The position numbers and the translations under genes are program-made. The notes under the pieces are model-generated. The model made no database searches. It was not told the origin of the DNA and saw only the letters and a list, made by a program, of their open reading frames with translations. Positions 1-7,450 of a stretch of DNA of 9,204 bases are shown here, piece by piece. This stretch comes from Octopus sinensis (lineage: Eukaryota): assembly GCF_006345805.1 (NCBI RefSeq), contig NW_021828643.1, positions 1-9,204 on the forward strand. Reading direction: 5' to 3'. Position 1 is the first letter of the stretch, and every line of letters starts with the position of its first letter.

Positions 1-60
1 GATGATGATCATCATAAGCAACATCATCATCGTCATCATCATCATTATCATCATCATCAA

Positions 61-108
<48 letters not shown>
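1..108. repeat. (ATC)n trinucleotide microsatellite
   Basis: Near-perfect CAT/ATC run; explains the poly-Ile ORF 2..187. Confidence 0.95.
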
Positions 109-540
109 TACCACCACCACCAATACCACCTCCACCACCACCAATACCACCTCCACCACCACCACCACCGCCATCACTTCCACCTGAGCCCTCTCCCCAC
201 TCCAGCTCCACCACCCTCAACATAACCATCGTTTCCTTCTCCTCCCCTACCTGAACCCCACTGCCACCTTTCACCCCTCCCCCGCCATTACTACAACTCA
301 CACTACCATCACCTTTACTCCCTCCACCCCTCACTCCTTCCCTATAACATTACATTTCGAAATCAACCCCTACCCACCACTACCTCCACCACCACCACCA
401 CCACCATCACCACCACCACACGTAACCTCATTATTACCATTAAATACCACCGCACAAACACCACTACCACAGTCAGCACCGCCACCACCGCCACCACTCC
501 CACCACCTCCACACACGCCACTACACGACCACCCTCCGTC
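109..540. repeat. (ACC)n and degenerate C/A-rich low-complexity tract
   Basis: ACC runs, a 21-bp tandem duplication (ACCAATACCACCTCCACCACC twice, ~119-160) and CCA-rich degenerate sequence; explains the poly-Gly antisense ORF 370..591. Confidence 0.85.
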
Positions 541-556
541 ATCTGCTAGGTGGTAA

Positions 557-790
557 GACCTGTTAGAAGTAGCAGCCAAATCGCCCTCCAATCACCCAGC
601 AACCCAGACCCCATCATAAGCAAGGAATCAACACATGGGACAACATAATTCCTGATGCAGTTAAAAGTGGAGGTGGTCACGGTTAGTGTGACTTTGAGGT
701 CGGTCTATCCGATCGAAACAATTCTAGGGCTAACAATACCCCCCCACCACCAACACCACCAACAATAACAACAACAACAACAACAACAAT
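557..790 (+). mobile_element. Short (CAA)n-tailed interspersed repeat, copy A (SINE-like or LINE 3' remnant)
   Basis: 557-595 matches 827-865 at 31/39 nt; 564-587 matches the reverse complement of 4551-4574 at 21/24 nt; ends in a degenerate (CAA)n run at ~751-790. Confidence 0.7.
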
Positions 791-826
791 GACCATTGCG
801 AGCCAATTATGTGATGGGTAAAGTCT

Positions 827-966
827 GACTTGCTAGAAACATCAACCAAATCGCCTTCAAATCACAACCTACCGTTTTAAAGGAGGATATGCACATTGAA
901 CACTGTTCCTAGTTTACAAAAGCGGGATGATCATGGCTGGAACTCCTTTGCTCATAGGTATGTTCG

Positions 967-968
<2 letters not shown>
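827..968 (+). mobile_element. Same repeat family, copy B, ending at a (TA)n tract next to the mariner element
   Basis: 31/39 identity to copy A; 927-942 matches the reverse complement of 4489-4504 at 14/16 nt; no (CAA)n tail. Confidence 0.7.

Positions 969-970
<2 letters not shown>

Positions 971-1000
<30 letters not shown>
971..1000. repeat. (TA)15 microsatellite
   Basis: Perfect TA run immediately 5' of the mariner body. Confidence 0.95.
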
Positions 1001-1006
<6 letters not shown>

Positions 1007-1007
1007 T

Positions 1008-2295
1008 GGACTAGTTCTGTAGCGCGCGAACAGGTGGCAGCACACGGTTGCGTACCGAATGAGAGCCAACAGTGACCTTCATGAAGCGGTGTGTTGAGTG
1101 ACATTGCTGTGTTTACATCGCAAGTTGTAGAACTTGCGTTTTTGCGATCCCATGTATATTGCAGCCTGCGATTTTTGTCTTGGACAGGAAGTTGGAATAA
1201 AGAGCCAACGTGAGATTTTGCGTTAAACTTGGGAAATCTGCGACAAAAAGATTAAGCATGCTTCAGCAAAGTTACGGCGACGAGGCGGTGGGTCGCACAC
1301 AATGATTCGAGTGGCACGGGCGCTTCAAAAGCGGAAGAGCGTCACTGGAGGACGATAATCGATCTGGAAGACCTTCCTCGAGCCTCACTCCCAGGAATGT
1401 GGAGAAAATTCCTCAGCTTGTGCATGAGAGGGTCGTCGGAGGACAATCAGCGACATTGCTGATGTTGGTCTGTCGTATAAGTTGGCGCAGGCAATCCTAA
1501 CGTCCGAATTGAACATTTGGCGTGTCTCTGCCAAGTTTATCTCCCGCCTGCTGACCACTGAGCAGAAAGAAGTATCGAAGTCTGTCAAGATCTCTGCCAG
1601 CGTGCCGCTGATGCTCCATCCTTCATGTCGAGGATCATGACTGCTGGCAGGAATTGGGTGTACAGGTGAGACCCTGAGACAAAACAACATTCCTCACAAT
1701 GAAAGAGACCGTCATCTCTACGACCGAAGAAGGGCACGACAAAGCCGCAACTCAATCAAGAACTCATCGATTTTTCGACCTTCGCGGCAGTGTGCATCGA
1801 GAATTCCCCTGCCCCACAAGGGTCAGATCGTCATTCGAGAGTCTTACTACGACGTTTTGAAACGTTTATGGGAGGACATTGGACGAAAGCGACCGATCTG
1901 CGGAGCGCGAAGAACAGAATTCTTCACGAAGACAATCCACTGAGCTCTCCTCATTGGTGAGTTTCTTTTCATAAACATGGCATCGCTTCTGCAGCAACCT
2001 TATTCGCCAGATTTAGAACTTCCGTCATCCTGCAGACTTCCATCTCTTCCTCAAGATGAAAATGAAACTCAAACATCGCCGTTTTAATTCCGTTATCGAG
2101 ATCCAAAGCGAATCGCAGAAGGTCTTCGATTCGCTTACAGAAAACGACTTCCAGGCTTGATTCCAAAAGTGAGAGGAACGTTGCACTTGTGAATTGCTGT
2201 GAAAGGTGACCATTTTGAAGGAGACGATCATGAACTTAGATAAATAAGTTTTTTTTTTTTATTAAACATAATCTGGGAATCTCGAATAGACAGAT
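1008..2295 (+). mobile_element. Decayed Tc1/mariner DNA transposon (mariner-type; ends uncertain)
   Basis: Contains a full-length but broken transposase; terminal inverted repeats are at best degenerate. Confidence 0.9.
1180..2243 (+). pseudogene. Mariner transposase pseudogene
   Basis: Manual translation across frameshifts gives LDRKLE*RANVRFCVKLGKSAT..YGDEAVGRTQ*FEWHGRFKSGRASLEDDNRSGRPS (HTH region), SAKFISRLLT (WVPRLL-like linker, KFISRLLT at 1533-1556), RIMTAGRNWVYR*DPETKQHSSQ (TGDETW-like, first Asp mutated to Gly at 1646-1648), FFDLRGSVHREF, ILHEDN (second Asp 1931-1933), PYSPDL..PADF (third Asp 2035-2037, preceded by a 10-nt insertion), and KGDHFEGDDHELR* (stop 2241-2243). Multiple stops (e.g. 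1198, 1303, 1667) and several frameshifts. Confidence 0.93.
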
Positions 2296-2365
2296 ATGTG
2301 AAGGAGGTGGTGGTGTCTGTGTATTAATATGTTTATATACTTACATACACAGATATAAAAAGAAT

Positions 2366-2453
2366 GAGAGAGAGAGAGAAGAAGAAGAAGAAGAAGAAGA
2401 AGAAGAAGAAGAAGAAGAAGAGAGAGAAGAAGAAGAAGAAGAAGAAGAAGAAG
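2366..2453. repeat. (GA)n/(GAA)n polypurine microsatellite
   Basis: Two GAA runs separated by a short GA run. Confidence 0.95.
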
Positions 2454-2521
2454 ACCACAATGATAATGGTAATGATAATGATGGTGAAATGAAAAACGAA
2501 AGAAGCGAGAACAAGACAGCT

Positions 2522-2552
<31 letters not shown>

Positions 2553-2593
2553 CAGCAGCAGTAGTAACAGCAGCAGTAGCAGTAGTAGTAGTT

Positions 2594-2627
<34 letters not shown>

Positions 2628-2763
2628 CAGCAGCAGCAGTCGTGGTACTAGTAGTAGTAGTAGTAGTAGTATTAGTAGCAGCAGCAGCAGTCGTGGTAGT
2701 ATAGTAGTAGTAGTGTAGTAGTAGTAGTAGTAGAAGTAGTAGAAGTAGTAGCAGCAGCAGCAG
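2522..2763. repeat. Compound (GTA)n/(GCA)n microsatellite with a 51-bp higher-order duplication
   Basis: The block GTATTAGTAGCAGCAGCAGCAGTCGTGGTA occurs at 2618 and 2669; explains the poly-Val/Ala ORF 2489..2704. Confidence 0.92.
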
Positions 2764-2954
2764 CAGTATATAGTGATGTGTGTAAATAATTGAGCGCGTT
2801 CTGTTTATTTATCCAATCAGTTAAATGAGATTGAAAAGATGTAAAACATGTCGGAACAATGTAAGTTGCGAATTACCGTTAATTAAATTATTTCAATTAA
2901 TCCAGTCTAGACGAGGCTGAGACAACGACAAACTTACATGTGTTGTAAATAAAC

Positions 2955-3066
2955 ATACATGCATACATACACATGTATACATTTGTGTGTGTCTGTATAT
3001 ATAATATATATATATATATACACATATATAAATGTATATATATGGATATATCTATGTGCGCGTGTG
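2955..3066. repeat. Degenerate (CA)/(TG)/(TA) low-complexity tract
   Basis: Alternating purine-pyrimidine dinucleotide runs. Confidence 0.85.
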
Positions 3067-3095
3067 TTGTTGCTATGACAATTCTTCAAAGCAGC

Positions 3096-3205
3096 GAGCT
3101 ATCAGAATGGTTAGCCCCACCCCGACCCCGGAACAAAATACTTAGCGGCATTTCGTCCGTCTTTATATTCTGGGTTCGAATTCCTTTGGAGTCGATGTAA
3201 TGGAC
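3096..3205 (+). mobile_element. Truncated or internally deleted tRNA-derived SINE
   Basis: A-box-like TATCAGAATGG (3100-3110, 10/11 to TRGCNNARYGG), B-box-like GGTTCGAATTCC (3173-3184), followed by GAGTCGATGTAATGGAC, which resembles the GGGGTCGA..TCGAC module at 5165-5183. It matches my recollection of an abundant octopus SINE (not database-verified). Confidence 0.65.
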
Positions 3206-3569
3206 GGGATTTACGTGGGTCGCGGGTTTCTACCTGCAACCTTAGATATCCACGAGCATCTATTAGGGCTTCAAGTGCTTAGAACCCTCCTGATAATCTT
3301 TCCCTTTCCCCAAGAGGCAAACTTTCTCCAGGCACTCTTCATGACATTCTATTCCGATCTCCTTCAACCATTTGTCTGTATCTTTACTCACAATTCCCAA
3401 AGCACCAATCATCACAGTCACAACCTTTACAGTTTTTATATTCCAAATTCTTGGAATTTCAAATTTTAAGAGATTGTATTTTCTTTTGCTTTTCGTCTTT
3501 TTTCTTTAAGATCCTGGAATCAAATGGACATGATGGATCGATTAATAAGCAACTTCGCTTTTCCTTGTC
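3206..3569 (-). mobile_element. 3' fragment of a restriction-like-endonuclease (RLE) non-LTR retrotransposon, R4/Dong-like
   Basis: Minus strand, with two 1-nt frameshifts: DKEKRSCLLIDPSCPFDSRILKKKDEKQK / KYNLLKFEIPRIWNIKTVKVVTVMIGALGIVSKDTDKWLKEIGIECHEECLEKVCLLG / KIIRRVLST* (stop at plus 3271-3273). This matches the RLE pattern DK..K.C.IID...P.D....KE.EK..KY..L...W......V.IGALG...LQK..LLGTA.I.R.VL. 3206-3270 is the putative 3' UTR. Confidence 0.82.
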
Positions 3570-3575
3570 ATCATC

Positions 3576-3901
3576 ATCAATATTACCAACTGGGAAGCAG
3601 TTGCCAGCAACCGTGGAGATTGGCGACGTACCGTAAAAGAGGGAACACAAAGGAGTGACAGAGAGAGAGAGGAGAAATGGAAAGACAAGAAAAGACGTCA
3701 ACAAGAAACTATGACATTACAACAAGCCAGGCAAAGTCTTCGCTACTTTTGCGGCACTTGTCAGAGGGAGTGTGTTTGTCCAGGATAGGACTACACAGCC
3801 ACAGCAGGAGATGTATTAGGACATGAGATGTAAAAGCCGGACTAGATTATTTTATGCGCAACTCCATTGTCTCCCGAGACAAAAAAGGATGACAACAACA
3901 A
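3576..3901 (+). mobile_element. 5'-truncated RTE-clade LINE (ORF C-terminus, 3' UTR, (CAA)n tail)
   Basis: 66 open codons INITNWEAVASNRGDWRRTVKEG...FCGTCQREC (3576-3773), a 2-nt TG slippage, then LSRIGLHSHSRRCIRT* (stop 3824-3826). CxxCxRxCxSRIGLxSHxRxC is the characteristic RTE C-terminal zinc finger. The 3' end CCATTGTCTCCCGAGAC..GGATGACAACAACAA is typical of RTE. Confidence 0.88.
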
Positions 3902-4437
3902 GTCTTAATTTTATCTCGTGCTTTCCAGGAAGTCGGGAGGAACTTGTAATGGTTTTAAATAATATTAGGATATATGTGCCATGAGATAAACTACAGATTT
4001 AAAAAAAAAAGAAGAAAAAGAGAGGGAGAGAGGTGAAAGGAAGAGGTGGGGAAATGAAGGTGAGAAAAGTAGCTGGGAGCCTCTTCAGTGACGAGTGTTA
4101 ATCTTAATTAGGGCGATAACTGCAATATAGTCAGATTAACTGTTTAAGTGTTAAGTATAAACGTAAGTATTTAAGTGGTCCCTGGCTGTGCAAGACAAAC
4201 TATTGTGTTTACAATAAACGTGGGTGGAGATGATTTCGGATAGATCTAACATTGATATATAGTCATGTATTGTGATGCGTGTAGAATAATGTTCTGTATA
4301 AGTGCGGTGTGTAGAAGTTTCCTTTCTCTTAACGCTGGTTGTGCTATATATATTCTATCTTGTGTGGAGTGTTGTGTATGAACGCGAGTGTAGAAGTGGT
4401 GTCCAGCATTCATTGTGTTATACATTCTCCTCTAGCA

Positions 4438-4576
4438 TTGTTGTTGTTGTTGTTGTTGTTGAACCCCAGGTAAGTCCTATTTGAGGTATTTCAGACATGA
4501 TCATTCTGACTAATGTCTTTTGCTTCCCAAGGTAATAGGAGTGTACTTTAAGGGAGATTTGGCTACTATTTCTACT
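4438..4576 (-). mobile_element. Same short repeat family as 557-790, copy C, with (CAA)8 tail
   Basis: Plus-strand (TTG)8 at 4438-4461 is the tail; reverse-complement matches to copy A (21/24) and copy B (14/16). Confidence 0.72.
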
Positions 4577-4830
4577 CCCTTGAGCCACTGCCTTGTAATT
4601 CCTTTTCTGTCTGTTCATGATACTTTCATCGTTGTTTTGTTAAGTCAAAGTCGATCCTCACGCAAGCGCCTTCTTGTGAACAGCGCTCCAAATGCGACCG
4701 CTCCATTTTCTTTTGTCCAAACATAGTATGTCTCAATCTACAATATCTAAATATGGCCTCTCAACCTTTTGATATGGTGGCGGTGGTGGTCGTGGGGGTT
4801 AGCAAAAACAGAAATCTATCAGGTCATTTA

Positions 4831-5240
4831 GGCGCATGAGTGGCTGTGTGGTAAGTAGCTTGCTTACCAACCACCTGGTTCCGGGTTCAGTCCCACTGCG
4901 TGACACCTTGGGCAAGTGTCTTCTATTATAGCCTCGGGCCAACCAAAGCCTTGTGAGTGATTTGGTAGACGGAAACTGAAAGAAGCCCGTCGTATATATG
5001 TATATGTATATATATATGTGTGTGCGTGTATATGTTTCTGTGTCTGTGTTTGTCCCGCCAACATCGCTTGACAACCGATGCTGGTGTGTTTACATCCCCA
5101 TAACTTAGCGGATCGGCAAAAGAGACCGATAAAATAAGTACTAGGCTTACAAAGAATAAGTCCTGGGGTCGATTTTTCTCGACTAAAGGCGGTGCTCCAG
5201 CATGGCCGTAGTCAAATGACTGAAACAAGTAAAAAAGAGA
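4831..5240 (+). mobile_element. Apparently full-length tRNA-derived SINE with internal (TA)/(TG) microsatellite
   Basis: A-box TGGCTGTGTGG (4841-4851), B-box GGTTCAGTCCC (4884-4894), then CACCTTGGGCAAGT (similar to the start of CORE-type SINE domains), an internal dinucleotide tract (~4993-5035), a structured 3' half and an A-rich end. It resembles a very abundant octopus SINE as I recall it. Confidence 0.85.
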
Positions 5241-5251
5241 AAGCGAGTAAG

Positions 5252-5402
5252 ATATATATATATATATATGCTTGTGTGCGTGTGTATATGAATATATGTA
5301 TTTATATTCATAAACTTCGTCTACTCAGTTGAAAACAGACACATACACATATATATCCACGCACGTACGCGCACATACACACACACGTCCGTGCTCGCAT
5401 AC
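5252..5402. repeat. (TA)n/(CA)n low-complexity tract
   Basis: Dinucleotide runs downstream of the SINE. Confidence 0.8.
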
Positions 5403-6000
5403 ACAGAAAAAAAGACACACAGAGCCTGATTGACTACCCGTGTTCGCACCCTGATCCGTAGACCTACGTAATTATCGACCGACCAGCAAACCCACCCCTC
5501 AATTCACCCCTAACACTCCGTTTTCCTTTTGCTCTGACAACCAAATGAAAGACGAACGAGAACAAAAGACAACAAACAAATAGAAACCCCACACAAAAAT
5601 AAACAAATAAAATAGATACTTGTATATATTTAGGGGACTAATTGGTGTCTGTTTAACAGGGAATTATGCAGTGTTTATTTAAAATAACAGCCTTACATGA
5701 TGACAAATACACACGTCTGTATTTTAAGAAAACATACGCAGTGTGTTGGCGTTTCATTGTTGACTTGTAATGAAGATCAGATAGAAAAGTACAAAGGGAG
5801 CCGATTGTTCTGCTGAGCAGTGAGATTTAATAGGTCCTGTGTGCTATTGTTGGTAGTTGAGGGCGATAAAGGGGGTCTTTTTAGAGGGCTTGTCAGTTTT
5901 GGTGGGGACAGGAGACATGGTAAAGGTAAGTAAAATATTTGTGTATATTATGATGTGGGAGTGTGTGTATGCAGGTATGTGTATATGTGAGGGTGTCGGT

Positions 6001-6082
6001 ATACATAAATACACACACACATATATATATACAGATATATATATATATATATATATCTATATATATATATATATTATATATA

Positions 6083-6130
<48 letters not shown>

Positions 6131-6195
6131 CGTATGTATGTATGTAGGTATGTATGTATGTATGTATGTATGATGTATATATACATATATATGTA
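6001..6195. repeat. (CA)n-(TA)n-(TATG)n compound microsatellite
   Basis: Long interrupted TA run followed by TATG units; source of the Y/I-rich ORFs at 5857-6544. Confidence 0.93.
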
Positions 6196-6283
6196 TGGTA
6201 TTTATGAATACCGACACTCTCAGATATAGCGGGAGAGAGGGGTAGAGAGAGAGATAGAAAGAGAAAGAGCACAAGTGGTGGTA

Positions 6284-6420
6284 TAGTTTTGACAATGGTG
6301 GTGGTAGTGGTAGTGGCTGGTGTGGTTGTGTTGGGGTGGTAGTAGTGGTACTGCTGCTGATGATGAGGGTGGCGGTGGTGGTGACGATTGTACTGCTGGT
6401 GGTTGTGACGGCAGTGATAG
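6284..6420. repeat. Degenerate (GGT)/(GTG) triplet low-complexity tract
   Basis: GGT/GTA/GCT triplet mosaic. Confidence 0.75.
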
Positions 6421-6531
6421 TGTCGCCTCTAATTCCGAGGGTTGGTGGGGGTGAGTAACGGAAGGAATGACAAACGTCTCCTAAAGCGAGATTTCTATAT
6501 ATCTTAAATTTGCGGAAGAATTTGTGGTGTG

Positions 6532-6610
6532 GGCGGTTTAGCATAATGGTTCAAAGCACTGCGACGCGTAATCACGGGGGTGTGAGTTCGAATCTCATAG
6601 TCGGCCGCCA
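6532..6610 (+). pseudogene. tRNA-Thr(CGT)-like sequence (tRNA pseudogene or SINE head)
   Basis: Perfect A-box TAGCATAATGG (6539-6549) and B-box GTTCGAATC (6586-6594). T-arm GTGAG/TTCGAAT/CTCAT. Anticodon loop CGCGTAA (6565-6571, CGT at 6567-6569) with non-canonical G33. The acceptor stem is imperfect and the sequence ends in CCA (6608-6610). Confidence 0.72.
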
Positions 6611-6819
6611 ACACTTATATCTGCATAATAGGGGTAGCTTATCCTTTTCAGGGTATATTATTAGCATTATCTTGCGTTTGAGAATTTAAAATCACTTCTT
6701 TAACTTTCCAAGACATCTCAACGCTTCTAAAGCAAGCTTTGTTTGTTTGTTTACGTTCATCATAAGAGGTTATCTATTGTAGAAAATGGTTAACCAAAGA
6801 TAATGGTTAAAAATCAACA

Positions 6820-7300
6820 CATCATTATTTAGCAAACGGTTGGTCACTCATATTGATTGATGAAACTTCACCGCATCATTTTATAATGAAGAAATGAATA
6901 ATCAAATTGATTGAGGGACAACTAGATCATTATGTAGTGATGGTTTGGTCAGTCACATTGACTAATGAAACACAACCACACCGATAGATAGTGAAGGTTT
7001 AATCAATCGTATTGATTGGCGAAATACTGCTGCATTTTATGCAACAGTTGGTCAGTCATATCGATTGATGAAAAACCATTACGGCATTATTTAGTGAAAG
7101 ATTTCGTCACTCACACTGACTGGCAAAACACCATTACATTAATATACAGTTATGGTTTGATCAGTCACACTGATTAATGAGACAGCACCACAATATTATA
7201 TTGTCAAAATTTTGAACAGCCATATTGATTGGTGAGTGATTTACATTATTATGTAGTGAAGGTATGATCAATCACATTGACTGACGAAGCCTCATCATTA
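6820..7300. repeat. Diverged minisatellite, 9 units of ~54 bp, each with a TCAVTCA-N3-TGAYTGR dyad
   Basis: Right half-sites start at 6854, 6908, 6959, 7013, 7062, 7117, 7171, 7226 and 7278 (spacing 49-55, mode 54). Approximate consensus ATCATTATGTAGTGAAGGTTTGGTCAGTCACATTGATTGATGAAACACCACCAC. Confidence 0.88.
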
Positions 7301-7304
7301 CATA

Positions 7305-7450
7305 TTAACCAAGGAATGAATCTTGTTTCCTATCAGGATCGACTCCCAAATCTTCTTTATGGTTGTTGTTAGTCATGATTAAAGATTTAACATTCCCAGA
7401 CTTCTGTAAAATTCCTCCTGGAAGGCGAGGAACCAAACTCTTGGTTTCAC
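7305..7450 (-). CDS. Possible terminal coding exon of an unidentified gene
   Basis: Acceptor TTAATAACTTCCAGCTTATTCTTTACTCAG|G at 7451/7450, then 47 open codons (x)ETKSLVPRLPGGILQKSGNVKSLIMTNNNHKEDLGVDPDRKQDSFLG and TAA (7307-7305). No homology recognised, so it could be chance. Confidence 0.22.

Noticed and set aside
2-591. Poly-Ile/Thr and poly-Gly ORFs (2..187, 370..591)
   Set aside because: They are direct translations of ATC and ACC microsatellites, with no domain content.
1385-2231. Minus-strand ORFs 1385..1690, 1969..2166 and 2025..2231
   Set aside because: They are antisense frames of the mariner transposase pseudogene.
2489-2704. Poly-Val/Ala ORF resembling a membrane protein
   Set aside because: Translation of the (GTA)n/(GCA)n repeat.
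3200-3704. ORFs 3200..3469 (+), 3451..3636 (+) and 3459..3704 (-) as genes
   Set aside because: The plus ORFs are antisense or off-frame to the LINE fragments. The minus ORF is a chimera of antisense RTE sequence and a real RLE remnant (3569-3480).
4799-5228. ORFs across the SINE
   Set aside because: They are read-throughs of a tRNA-derived SINE and its microsatellite.
5857-6544. Tyr/Ile/His-rich ORFs, including the 156-aa one
   Set aside because: They derive from TA/TATG/GGT simple repeats.
6820-7300. 54-bp array as an 18-aa coding repeat or a CRISPR array
   Set aside because: The only frame open in the consensus (HYVVKVWSVTLIDETPP-like) has stops in units 2 and 4, TGA at the same Trp position in later units, and frameshifting unit lengths. 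The inter-dyad segments are mutually homologous rather than unique spacers, and no cas genes are present.
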